From positions 1-30,401 of the forward strand of contig JBDZWC010000023.1 of the NCBI GenBank assembly GCA_040256005.1: a DNA stretch of 30,401 nt, in the 5' to 3' direction. Every line of letters starts with the position of its first letter. The first letter of the stretch is position 1. Positions 9,243 to 17,869 of the stretch are shown here, one piece after another. This stretch comes from Deinococcaceae bacterium (GTDB lineage Bacteria; Deinococcota; Deinococci; Deinococcales; Trueperaceae). The notes under the pieces were generated by a model. It made no database searches and was not told the DNA's origin. It saw only the letters and a list, made by a program, of their open reading frames with translations. The position numbers and the translations under genes are program-made.

Positions 9243-9272
9243 GGTAAACGGAGATCCGGCGCGCCCGGCCGG

Positions 9273-9659
9273 TCAGCCGGTGGAAGGGACGAGGGAGACC
9301 AGGCCGACGAGGTTGCCGCTCGGGTCCCTGATGAACGCGTGGCGCTCGTCGTGGCCGGCGGGCCCCAGGGAGTCGTCCTCGTGCCTGAAGATCAGGTGCG
9401 GCTCGCTCTCGATCTTCACGCCGGCCGCGCGCAGACGCTCGACCGTCGTCTCCAGGTCCGGCACCTGGAGGTACACGAGGCCGTTCGGCGCTCCCCTCTC
9501 CAACAGCAACCTAACGACTCCGAGGCGGAAGAAGAGCAGCCCGGGCGGGTCGAAACGGCCGGCCGCCTCGGCACCCAGCAGGTCTCCGTAGAACGCCGCG
9601 GCGGCGTCGAGGTCTTCAGCCTTCAGCGCGACCTGCAGCAACCCGGTGGGAACGGTCAT
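9273..9659 (-). CDS. VOC/glyoxalase family protein (128 aa)
   Basis: C-terminal part of track ORF 9273..10595: QVALKAEDLDAAAAFYGDLLG...AFIRDPSGNLVGL. ATG 9659 has TAGCAT 7 nt upstream. Confidence 0.88.
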   Translation of the reverse strand: MTVPTGLLQVALKAEDLDAAAAFYGDLLGAEAAGRFDPPGLLFFRLGVVRLLLERGAPNGLVYLQVPDLETTVERLRAAGVKIESEPHLIFRHEDDSLGPAGHDERHAFIRDPSGNLVGLVSLVPSTG

Positions 9660-9715
9660 GCGGCGGATGCTAGCACCGCTCACCGCACCGCCCATAGCAC
9701 GTCCACGGACCCGGA

Positions 9716-9745
9716 TTGGCATGCTCGTGCTCGCGGTCGTATACT
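9716..9745 (+). promoter_or_regulatory. Putative sigma70-type promoter of the ABC exporter operon
   Basis: TTGGCA-N18-TATACT, followed by RBS GGAGGGAG before ATG 9778. Confidence 0.55.
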
Positions 9746-9777
9746 CCGCTCCTTGTCTCCACGGAGGGAGACCTACC

Positions 9778-11526
9778 ATGCCCCTCAAAGCCCTCCTACG
9801 CCTGGTCCGGCGCTTCATCGCGCCATACGGCGGTGTCGTCGCTGCGGTCGCCGCCCTGCAGCTCGTCGCCACGCTCACCGCCCTGCTGCTTCCTAGCATC
9901 AACGCCGACATCATCGACCGCGGCGTCGTGCTCGGCGACACGCGCTTCATCCTCCGCCAGGGCGCCCTCATGCTCGGCATCTCCCTCGTGAACGTGGGCG
10001 TGACCATAGCCGCCGTGTTCCTGGGCGCGCGCACGGCCATGGGCTTCGGCCGGGACGTACGCTCCGCGTTCTTCGGCCGGGTGGCCGACTTCTCGTCGCG
10101 CGAGGTGGCGCGGTTCGGGGCGCCGTCACTGATCACCCGCAACACGAACGACGTCCAGCAGGTGCAGATGACGCTACTCATGTCGTTCACGATGCTGCTC
10201 TCGGCACCGATCATGATGGTCGGCGGCATCATCATGGCGCTCCGGGAAGACGTGGGCCTCTCTTGGCTGGTGGCCGTGGCCGTGCCTCTACTAGGCGTGT
10301 CGGTCGGGCTCATCGCGCTGCGCATGGTGCCCGGCTTCCGCGCGATCCAACAGCGGATAGACCGCGTCAACGAGGTCATGCGGGCACAGATCAGCGGCAT
10401 CCGCGTCGTGCGGGCGTTCGTGCGTGAGGAGGTGGAGCGCGAGCGCTTCGAGGAGGCGAACCGCGAGCTGACCCAGGCAGCCCTCTTCGTCGGTCGCTGG
10501 CTGTCTGCGCTCTTCCCCGTCGTCATGATCGTGCTGAACCTATCCTCCGTCGCCGTGCTGTGGTTCGGCGGCATCCGCGTGGCGGAAGGCGCCATGGAGA
10601 TCGGCTCGTTGACCGCGTTCCTCAGCTACCTGATGCAGATCCTGATCTCGGTGATGATGTCGACCTTCGTGTTCATGCTGCTGCCGCGCGCCGCGGTGTC
10701 TGCCGACCGGATCGTGGAGGTCCTGGACACCGACTCGTCCGTCGTCCCGCCGGAGAAGGGGGTCACCGCCCCGCCGCCTGGCGCGCCACGCGGTCTGACC
10801 TTCGATGACGTCACGTTCTCCTACCCCGGCGCCGATCACCCGGTGCTCCAGGACGTGAGCTTCAGCGTCCGACCAGGCCAGACCCTGGCCGTCATCGGCT
10901 CGACCGGCGCGGGCAAGTCGACGCTGGTCAACCTGATCCCGCGCCTCTTCGACGCCACCGGGGGGACCGTCAAGCTGAACGGGGTCGACGTCCGTGACTA
11001 CGACCCAGAGGCGCTGTGGTCGCAGATCGGGCTGGTGCCTCAGAAGGCGTACCTGTTCTCTGGCACGGTCGCTTCGAACCTCCGGTACGGGAAGCCGGAC
11101 GCCACCGAGGATGAGATGTGGCGGGCGCTCGAGACAGCCCAAGCCAGGGGCTTCGTCGAGGCCATGCCGGAAGGGCTCGAGGCGCCGATAGCCCAGGGCG
11201 GCACCAACGTCTCGGGCGGGCAGCGGCAGCGCCTGGCGATCGCCAGGGCCCTGGTCAAGCGGCCGGGGGTCTACATCTTCGATGACTCCTTCTCCGCGCT
11301 CGACGTCGCCACCGACGCCCGGCTGAGGGCTGCCCTGAAGCCACATACCCGCGACGCGGTCACCGTGATCGTGGCCCAGCGCGTCAGTACGATCCAGGAC
11401 GCGGACCAGATCATCGTGCTCGAGGACGGCCGCATCGTCGGTCACGGCACCCACGAGGACCTTCTCGCCACTTCTCCCACCTACCGTGAGATCAACGAGT
11501 CCCAGCGTCAGGAGGAGGCCGCCTGA
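9778..11526 (+). CDS. Heterodimeric type IV ABC exporter, subunit 1 (TMD plus NBD with degenerate Walker B and switch)
   Basis: 6-TM domain; GSTGAGKS and VSGGQRQR; YIFDDSFSALD (Asp in place of the catalytic Glu) and AQR (Gln in place of the switch His), as in TM287/288-type exporters. Confidence 0.93.
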   Translation: MPLKALLRLVRRFIAPYGGVVAAVAALQLVATLTALLLPSINADIIDRGVVLGDTRFILRQGALMLGISLVNVGVTIAAVFLGARTAMGFGRDVRSAFFGRVADFSSREVARFGAPSLITRNTNDVQQVQMTLLMSFTMLLSAPIMMVGGIIMALREDVGLSWLVAVAVPLLGVSVGLIALRMVPGFRAIQQRIDRVNEVMRAQISGIRVVRAFVREEVERERFEEANRELTQAALFVGRWLSALFPVVMIVLNLSSVAVLWFGGIRVAEGAMEIGSLTAFLSYLMQILISVMMSTFVFMLLPRAAVSADRIVEVLDTDSSVVPPEKGVTAPPPGAPRGLTFDDVTFSYPGADHPVLQDVSFSVRPGQTLAVIGSTGAGKSTLVNLIPRLFDATGGTVKLNGVDVRDYDPEALWSQIGLVPQKAYLFSGTVASNLRYGKPDATEDEMWRALETAQARGFVEAMPEGLEAPIAQGGTNVSGGQRQRLAIARALVKRPGVYIFDDSFSALDVATDARLRAALKPHTRDAVTVIVAQRVSTIQDADQIIVLEDGRIVGHGTHEDLLATSPTYREINESQRQEEAA

Positions 11527-13589
11527 TGTCAGACCGGAGAGAGCGGAACGGCGCTCCCATCGCAGGACCGAACGGCCAGCCTGGCGGCTCCGCTCCCCGA
11601 ACGCCGCCGTCGGGCGTGGCGCCTGCCGCGGGCGGCAACGGGGGCCGACTGAAGGAGACCGAGCGCGTGCGCACCGGCCACCCGTTCGGCGGCGGCATGG
11701 TGGGCGGCAAGGCAGAGAACTTCGGCACCTCGGCCAGGCGCCTCATGGCGCGCCTCAGGCCGCAGCGGACCGCGGTGATCGGCGTCATCGTGCTGGCGCT
11801 CATGTCGGTGGTGCTGGCAGCCGTGGGGCCACGCGTCCTGGGCCGGGCGACCGACCTGATCTTCGGCGGCATCATCGGTTCCCAGATGCCCGCCGGCATC
11901 ACGCGGGAGCAGGCGATCGCGGGCGCCAGGGCGACCGGTCAGGACCAGGTCGCCGCCATGTTGTCGGGCGTCGAGTTCACGCCGGGCGTGGGCGTCGACT
12001 TCGGTGCCGTGGGCAACGTGCTCCTGCTGGCGGTGGCGATCTACGCGCTGTCGGCGCTGCTCATGTTCCTACAGGGCCTGCTCCTCAACGAGGTCGTGCA
12101 GCGCGTGGTCTTCAAGCTGCGGGCCGACGTCGAGGACAAGCTCAACCGCCTGCCGCTGCGCTACTTCGACAGACAGCCCCGCGGCGAGCTCCTCTCACGC
12201 GTCACCAACGACATCGACAACGTGTCGCAGACGCTGCAGCAGACCATGCAGCAGGCCCTCACGTCCCTGCTCACCGTCGTGCTCGTCCTGGTGATGATGT
12301 TCTCGATCTCGCCGGTGCTGTCGCTGGTGGCGCTGCTGAGCATCCCGGCCACGATGGTCCTCGCCGGGCTGGTGATGAGTCGCTCGCGGAAGCAGTTCGT
12401 CGCCCAGTGGCGGTCAACGGGAACGCTCAACGGTCACGTGGAGGAGGCGTTCACGGGCCACGACATCGTCAAGGTCTTCGGCCGCAAACGCGAGGTCGTA
12501 GAGGCGTTCGAGGCCCACAACGACGAGCTCTTTCACGCCAGCTTCAGGGCCCAGTTCCTGTCCGGACTGATCATGCCCATCTCGATGTTCATCGGGAACC
12601 TCAACTACGCGGCGATCGCCGTCATCGGTGGCCTGCGCGTGGCGTCAGGCACGATCACGCTCGGTGACGTCCAGGCGTTCATCCAGTACACCAGGCAGTT
12701 CTCGCAGCCCATCACCCAGCTGGCCTCGATGGCGAACCTGCTCCAGTCGGGCGTCGCGTCGGCCGAACGCGTGTTCGAGCTGCTCGACGCCGAAGAGGAG
12801 GTGGCGGAGGTGGCCACCGAGAGCCTGGGGGGCCGCGTGCGGGGTCGGGTGGAGTTCAGGGACGTCTCGTTCAGGTACGACGAGGACGTTCCGCTCATCG
12901 AGGACCTGAACCTGGTCGTCGAGCCGGGTCAGACCGTGGCCATCGTGGGGCACACCGGCGCGGGCAAGACGACGCTGGTCAACCTGATCATGCGCTTCTA
13001 CGAGCTCGACGGTGGCCAGATCCTCCTCGACGGCAAGGACATCGCCAAGATGCCACGGGTGGAGCTGCGGCGCAACGTGGGCATGGTGCTGCAGGACACC
13101 TGGCTGTTCAAGGGCACGATCCGCGACAACATCGCCTACGGCCGGCCGGGTGCCACCGAGGCCGACATACTCGAGGCCGCCAAAGCCGCCTACGTGGACC
13201 GCTTCGTACACAGCCTGCCCGACGGCTACGACACGATCGTGGACGACGAAGGCGGCACGATCAGCGTCGGGGAGAAGCAGCTGCTGACGATCGCACGCGC
13301 CCTGCTGGCCGATCCGCCGATCATGATCCTGGACGAGGCCACCAGCTCGGTGGACACCCGCACGGAGCTGCTGATCCAGCAGGCCATGCAGACGCTGCGC
13401 GGCGACAGGACGAGCTTCGTCATCGCGCACCGCCTCTCCACGATCACCGGCGCCGACATGATCCTCGTGATGGAGCACGGCCGCATCGTGGAGCGGGGCT
13501 CGCACGACGAGCTCATCAGCGCCGGCGGCGCCTACGCCGAGCTGTACCGGTCGCAGTTCGAGGCCCCTCAAGCCGAGGCGGCCGCCTGA
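11526..13589 (+). CDS. Heterodimeric type IV ABC exporter, subunit 2
   Basis: GHTGAGKT, degenerate signature ISVGEKQ, canonical ILDEATSSVD and AHR; TGATG coupling to subunit 1. Confidence 0.93.
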   Translation: MSDRRERNGAPIAGPNGQPGGSAPRTPPSGVAPAAGGNGGRLKETERVRTGHPFGGGMVGGKAENFGTSARRLMARLRPQRTAVIGVIVLALMSVVLAAVGPRVLGRATDLIFGGIIGSQMPAGITREQAIAGARATGQDQVAAMLSGVEFTPGVGVDFGAVGNVLLLAVAIYALSALLMFLQGLLLNEVVQRVVFKLRADVEDKLNRLPLRYFDRQPRGELLSRVTNDIDNVSQTLQQTMQQALTSLLTVVLVLVMMFSISPVLSLVALLSIPATMVLAGLVMSRSRKQFVAQWRSTGTLNGHVEEAFTGHDIVKVFGRKREVVEAFEAHNDELFHASFRAQFLSGLIMPISMFIGNLNYAAIAVIGGLRVASGTITLGDVQAFIQYTRQFSQPITQLASMANLLQSGVASAERVFELLDAEEEVAEVATESLGGRVRGRVEFRDVSFRYDEDVPLIEDLNLVVEPGQTVAIVGHTGAGKTTLVNLIMRFYELDGGQILLDGKDIAKMPRVELRRNVGMVLQDTWLFKGTIRDNIAYGRPGATEADILEAAKAAYVDRFVHSLPDGYDTIVDDEGGTISVGEKQLLTIARALLADPPIMILDEATSSVDTRTELLIQQAMQTLRGDRTSFVIAHRLSTITGADMILVMEHGRIVERGSHDELISAGGAYAELYRSQFEAPQAEAAA

Positions 13590-13622
13590 GGCGAGCCGCA
13601 CCCTTGCTTCGCTAAGGAGAGT

Positions 13623-13653
13623 CGGCCGGCCCTCGTGGCCGGCCGTTCGTTCT
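13623..13653 (+). terminator. Intrinsic terminator-like hairpin after the ABC operon
   Basis: Perfect 9-bp stem CGGCCGGCC-ctcgt-GGCCGGCCG followed by TTCGTTCT, between convergent genes. Confidence 0.7.
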
Positions 13654-13672
13654 ACGCGGGCGGTCGCGAGGC

Positions 13673-14230
13673 CTAGGTTCTGGTCGCGGCCACCCAGTCC
13701 ACGCGGGGCACGATGTCGGCCACGATGGTCTCGAGCGCCCGCCTGTCCTCGATGTCGAAGTTGCGCACGTGCGGCGAGTCGACGTCCAGGACCGCCACCA
13801 CGTCGCCGCGCACCACGATGGGCACCACGATCTCGGAGCGGGACCGGTCGTCGCAGGCGATGTGGCCCGGGAACGCGTGGACGTCGGGGACCACCTGGGT
13901 ACGCCGCTCGGACGCTGCGGTACCGCACACGCCCCGCCCTACCCGGATGCGCACGCAGGCGGGCCGGCCTTGGAACGGCCCTAGGACCAGCTCCCCGCCC
14001 TTCATCAGGTAGAAGCCCGCCCAGTTCACGCCCGGCACGTGGTCGTAAACGGCCGCCGCGACGTTGGCCAGGTTCGCGAGCCAGTCGTCCTCGTCGCTGG
14101 TCAGCGCGTCGACGTAGCGCCGGAGCTCCAGGTAACGCTCGTTCTTGTCCGCGCCCTCGGGCAGCGGCGCCACGTACTCGACCTCGTGCGTACCCGCCTC
14201 CTCGACCTCGTGCGTACGCGCCTCGCTCAT
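13673..14230 (-). CDS. msrC: GAF-domain free methionine-R-sulfoxide reductase (fRMsr/YebR-like)
   Basis: NWAGFY, LGPFQGRPACVRI, GRGVCGTAA, HIACD, SEIVVP and LDVDS motifs with all three family cysteines. Confidence 0.88.
   Translation of the reverse strand: MSEARTHEVEEAGTHEVEYVAPLPEGADKNERYLELRRYVDALTSDEDDWLANLANVAAAVYDHVPGVNWAGFYLMKGGELVLGPFQGRPACVRIRVGRGVCGTAASERRTQVVPDVHAFPGHIACDDRSRSEIVVPIVVRGDVVAVLDVDSPHVRNFDIEDRRALETIVADIVPRVDWVAATRT
14177..14224. repeat. 24-bp in-frame tandem duplication in the msrC 5' end
   Basis: ctcgacctcgtgcgtacccgcctc followed by ctcgacctcgtgcgtacgcgcctc (1 mismatch), encoding EARTHEVE and EAGTHEVE. Confidence 0.9.
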
Positions 14231-14240
14231 GTGCGAGAGG

Positions 14241-15500
14241 TTACCGCTCCCGGACGCCTACCCACATGTCACGAAGCTCGTAACCCTGGATGAGATCGTT
14301 GAACGTCAGCCGCGGCGGCTTCTCCAACGTGATGCCTGGCGAAGACAGGATCCGATACAGGAACACGTCAGCCTCTTCCAGCGCCAGGAAGCTGCCCGGG
14401 CAGCGGTGCGGCCCGTCGCCGAACGACAGCCCGTAGCCCTGGACGCCCTTGGCCGTCATCACGCGTGCCGGGTCGAGGCACAGCGGGTGTTGGCCCACCG
14501 CAGTGGCGTCCGCGTTGGCCGCGCGCACGTCGACAGTGACACGGGTGCCGGACTCCAACTTCTCGTCCTCGAGCTCGAGCTCACCCTCCAGCCGGCGGAA
14601 CAGCCTGCCCACGACGGGCTCCAGGCGGATGATCTCCGACAGCACGGCCTGGCGCTCGCGCTCGTCGCCCGCCAGGTACCGGTTCCGCAGGCCCTCGTCG
14701 TCGAGCAGGTGCCATGCGGCCATGGCGATGAACTCGCGCGTGGTGACCATGCCGGCCGCGCCGTACGTGATGGCCTCGATGAGCACGTCCTGATCGCCCG
14801 CCCCCTGCGCCAGCAGGTGCGAGATCACGTCGTCGCGCGGTTCCGCCCTGCGGGCAGCGATGGCCGGCTTGACGTCGAACCTGAAGTAATCGGCTATCCC
14901 CTTCTGGAGCCGCAGGAACCGCAGCATCTCGCGTGGTCTCCACGACGGTCGCGACGGCCCCAACGCGATGAAGGCGTCGATGCGCTCGTGCATGCCCGGT
15001 CGCGTGCTGTCCGTCAGCCCCACGACCTGCGAGGCGACGGCGACGGCGAGCCTCATGGCCATGTCAGTCAGCTCGGCCCGGCCTGAGCTCTGCAGCTCGG
15101 CGACCAGCTCGTCGGCCACGGTCTCTATCACGGGCCGATAACGCTCCTTGGCGGCCATGGGCGTGAAGAAGTGGGCGATCGCGGTGCGTTGCGCCTTGTG
15201 CTCGGCGCCGTCCTGCCACAGAACGGGTGGCTTGATCCTCAGCGGGGAGCTAGCCGCTTCCCTTATCCCGAAACCGTCCTGCCTGGCGACCCCGGCCGCC
15301 TTGAGGACCTTCCGAGACGATGTCATGGAGGCGACCTCGCGCCGCGGCGGCCCCGCTTGCGCGCGCTCGGCGCGCTTCCCGCCCTCGGGTGGCTGGCTCC
15401 GGCGCATCGCCTTGCCGTGATAGGGGCAGCCTTCCGCGGACGGGAAGTCGGCCGAGTGGACACCGACGCTCTCGGCGTGGACCTGGTTCGCTTCTCTCAC
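14241..15500 (-). CDS. Cytochrome P450
   Basis: Heme motif FGDGPHRCPG, ExxR (EIIR) and I-helix AAGMVTT. Start proposed at GTG 15500, 6 nt after the -10 TATCGT. Confidence 0.92.
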   Translation of the reverse strand: MREANQVHAESVGVHSADFPSAEGCPYHGKAMRRSQPPEGGKRAERAQAGPPRREVASMTSSRKVLKAAGVARQDGFGIREAASSPLRIKPPVLWQDGAEHKAQRTAIAHFFTPMAAKERYRPVIETVADELVAELQSSGRAELTDMAMRLAVAVASQVVGLTDSTRPGMHERIDAFIALGPSRPSWRPREMLRFLRLQKGIADYFRFDVKPAIAARRAEPRDDVISHLLAQGAGDQDVLIEAITYGAAGMVTTREFIAMAAWHLLDDEGLRNRYLAGDERERQAVLSEIIRLEPVVGRLFRRLEGELELEDEKLESGTRVTVDVRAANADATAVGQHPLCLDPARVMTAKGVQGYGLSFGDGPHRCPGSFLALEEADVFLYRILSSPGITLEKPPRLTFNDLIQGYELRDMWVGVRER

Positions 15501-15508
15501 ACTGAAAC

Positions 15509-15523
15509 GATACACGGTGTCTC
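15509..15523. promoter_or_regulatory. Putative TetR operator overlapping the P450 -10 box
   Basis: Imperfect palindrome GATACAC-G-GTGTCTC between the divergent P450 and tetR genes. Confidence 0.6.
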
Positions 15524-15553
15524 ATAACTTTGATGAGGGATATCCTGGCGGGG

Positions 15554-16150
15554 ATGACCGCGGTGGCTCTCAAGGTCGACGCCCGCGTCCGGCGCACGCG
15601 GGCTCGCCTGCAGCGAGCGCTCGTGGCGCTCGTCCTCGAACGGAGCTACGAACGGGTGACGATCCGCGACATCGCGGACCGGGCCGACGTGGGCTACGCC
15701 ACCTTCTTCCGCCACTACCGCGACAAGGAGGCGCTGCTGCTGGCTCTCCTCGAGGACCTGCTCGACGAGCTCCTCACCCTGTTGGCGCCCAGCCTCGCCG
15801 ATGACGACTCGGCGCGCAGCGGCGCGCTGATCTTCGAGCACGTCGGCCAGAACGCCGACCTCTACCGGGTGCTGATCAGCGCGCAGGGCTCCGTCGACAT
15901 GGTGGGAAGGGCCACGGTCGTGAGCCAGGAGTGGATGGCGCAGGGCCACGCCCCGTCCGACGACGCGCTGCTGCCGCCGGAAGCCGCTGTTAACCACTTG
16001 GTCAGGTCCGTCGTCGCGCTCATCGAGTGGTGGTTAGGGGCGGGCATGCGCCCTGATCCCGAGCGGATGGGCGCGGCGTTCGAGGCCCTGATCATGGCGC
16101 CGGTACGCGCGGTCGCCTTCCGCCGGGTCGCCGCTGACGGTCCGTCTTAG
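15554..16150 (+). CDS. TetR/AcrR family regulator
   Basis: DARVRRTR...VTIRDIADRADVGYATFFRHYRDKEALL helix-turn-helix; ATG 15554 lies 7 nt after TATCCT. Confidence 0.93.
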   Translation: MTAVALKVDARVRRTRARLQRALVALVLERSYERVTIRDIADRADVGYATFFRHYRDKEALLLALLEDLLDELLTLLAPSLADDDSARSGALIFEHVGQNADLYRVLISAQGSVDMVGRATVVSQEWMAQGHAPSDDALLPPEAAVNHLVRSVVALIEWWLGAGMRPDPERMGAAFEALIMAPVRAVAFRRVAADGPS

Positions 16151-16160
16151 ACTCGCGTTC

Positions 16161-16598
16161 ATGCCCAAGATCGTCCTCTGCGACCTCGATGGCACGCTCT
16201 CAGACACGAAGCACCGCGAGCGCTTCGTCAGGCAGAAGCCCCGCGACTACGACTCGTTCTTCGCGGCCGCCGGAGACGACGACCCCATCCCTGCCGTCAT
16301 CGCCGTCGTCAAGGCCCTCAAGGCCGCGGGCTACGACATCCACATCATCACCGGGCGCCGCGACGACACGAGGAGCGTCACGGAGGGCTGGCTGCGGGAG
16401 CACGGGGTCCCCTACGACCGCCTCGTCATGCGCGAGTTCCACGACCACACGCCCGACGACGACCTCAAGCGTGACTGGTTCCAACGCGACTACGTGAGGG
16501 AAGACATCCTGTGCGTCCTCGAGGACCGCAACCGCGTCGTGAAGATGTGGCGTGAACTGGGACTCACCTGCCTCCACGTTGCCGAGGGCGACTTCTGA
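16161..16598 (+). CDS. Stand-alone HAD phosphatase resembling the 3'-phosphatase domain of polynucleotide kinase/phosphatase
   Basis: DLDGTL motif I, ITGR, MR..DH.PDDDLK and EDRNRVVKMWRELGL; capless; TAGACT 7 nt upstream of ATG. Confidence 0.8.
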   Translation: MPKIVLCDLDGTLSDTKHRERFVRQKPRDYDSFFAAAGDDDPIPAVIAVVKALKAAGYDIHIITGRRDDTRSVTEGWLREHGVPYDRLVMREFHDHTPDDDLKRDWFQRDYVREDILCVLEDRNRVVKMWRELGLTCLHVAEGDF

Positions 16599-16695
16599 CG
16601 TAGCGCGGCAACCCTGGCTGTCTGGGCCCGCAGGTCCTACCCATCTCTGACCCCGGTCCTCCCCGTCGCGGGCTCGAACCCTTCCGCTGCCGTGC

Positions 16696-16873
16696 TCAGC
16701 CGTCCACCTTCCGCCATCCCCAGATCTTCGTCGACTGCTCGGTCGTCAGCTTGTGGCCGAACTCGGACAGCTGCCGCGCGATCTGGCCGTGGTGGTGGGC
16801 GTCATACCGCATGAGGTAGGCCATCATCATCGCCGTCCGCTTGGGCATGCCGGGCACGCGGCTTCTTGGTCAT
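16696..16873 (-). pseudogene. Remnant of a DinB-family gene (C-terminal ~54 codons only)
   Basis: Manual translation RVPGMPKRTAMMMAYLMRYDAHHHGQIARQLSEFGHKLTTEQSTKIWGWRKVDG*. There is an in-frame stop at 16870-16872, and the ATG at 16873 is out of frame. Confidence 0.65.
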
Positions 16874-16910
16874 GACGATGCCAAGTAGTGTTCCGTAACT
16901 CGAAGATCAA

Positions 16911-16973
16911 GTGACCATTAGTTGACCACTGAGTGCCCACATCGTGGTCACCACTTGCCAGGTTTGTGACCAC
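16911..16973. repeat. 11-bp-periodic GTGNNCAC array (left copy)
   Basis: gtgaccat 16911, ttgaccac 16922, gtgcccac 16933, gtggtcac 16944, gtgaccac 16966. Confidence 0.8.
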
Positions 16974-17128
16974 CCAGGAGGGTCGAACCCGCTTGCGTTC
17001 ACGACGCATCTGGAGGCTCCGGCAGGCTTGGCGGTGCGCCACTGGGTGCTTCAGGTTCCGCGCGCGCCAGCCGAGCCGTGCAATCCTCGCGCCTGGTGTC
17101 AGAAGGACGAAGGAGCCACGTCGAAGAG

Positions 17129-17869
17129 ATGACAGAACCGCGAACCGCAACGGCCGACCTACCCCGCGCAGGACCCACCACCGATGCGTTGATCTCCGCC
17201 CATGGTCTGAAGAAGACGTACGGGAGCGGCCCCGCCGCCTTCCACGCCCTCCGGGGCGTGGACCTCGACGTACGTCCTGCCGAGAAGCTGGCCATCGTCG
17301 GCAAGAGCGGTTCCGGCAAGTCGACCCTCATGCACCTGCTCGCCCTGCTCGACTCGCCTTCGGCGGGCACCCTCGAGGTGATGGGCCAGGACGCTCGCAC
17401 GCTGACGGCGGCCGCGGTGAACGGCATACGCAACCGTGCGTTCGGGTTCGTGTTCCAGCAGTTCTTCATGATCCCCAACGCCAGCGTGCTCGAGAACGTC
17501 GAGCTTCCGCTCAAGATCGGGGGCGTGGCGGCGCAGGAGCGTCGCCTTCGGGCGCTCGCCGTCCTGGAGCAGGTGGAGATGGCAGACAAGGCCAACAACC
17601 GCGCCACCGACCTCTCTGGTGGGCAGAAGCAGCGCATGGTGATCGCGCGCGCCATCGTCAACGAGCCCCGCGTCGTCTTCGCGGACGAGCCGACCGGCAA
17701 CCTCGACACGGCCACGGGTCGGATCATCGAGGACCTGCTCTTCGGACTGAACGAGAGCGCCGGCATCACCCTGGTCATCGTGACCCACGACGAGGACCTC
17801 GCCTCCCGCTGCTCACGGCAGGTCTCGCTTAAGGACGGGCTGATCGTGGACCCGGAAGTCGCCGCCTGA
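17129..17869 (+). CDS. ABC transporter ATP-binding protein (LolD/MacB type)
   Basis: GKSGSGKST, GFVFQQF, LSGGQKQR, FADEPTGNLD and VTHD motifs. Start approximate. Confidence 0.92.
   Translation: MTEPRTATADLPRAGPTTDALISAHGLKKTYGSGPAAFHALRGVDLDVRPAEKLAIVGKSGSGKSTLMHLLALLDSPSAGTLEVMGQDARTLTAAAVNGIRNRAFGFVFQQFFMIPNASVLENVELPLKIGGVAAQERRLRALAVLEQVEMADKANNRATDLSGGQKQRMVIARAIVNEPRVVFADEPTGNLDTATGRIIEDLLFGLNESAGITLVIVTHDEDLASRCSRQVSLKDGLIVDPEVAA

Noticed and set aside
9660..10595. 440-aa ORF suggesting a fusion onto the VOC domain
   Set aside because: The upstream part is the antisense shadow of the ABC exporter; the real start is ATG 9659.
9778..13589. Degenerate ATPase motifs as a sign of pseudogenisation
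   Set aside because: The reciprocal degenerate/consensus sites are the normal heterodimeric exporter pattern.
16911..16973. CRISPR array interpretation of the periodic repeats
   Set aside because: Units are 8 bp with 3-nt gaps, far too short, and there are no cas genes.
16660..16995. tRNA T-loop-like GGTTCGA strings on the minus strand (near 16675 and 16985) as tRNA or att cores
   Set aside because: The T-stems do not pair fully, and no cloverleaf or acceptor stem can be built.
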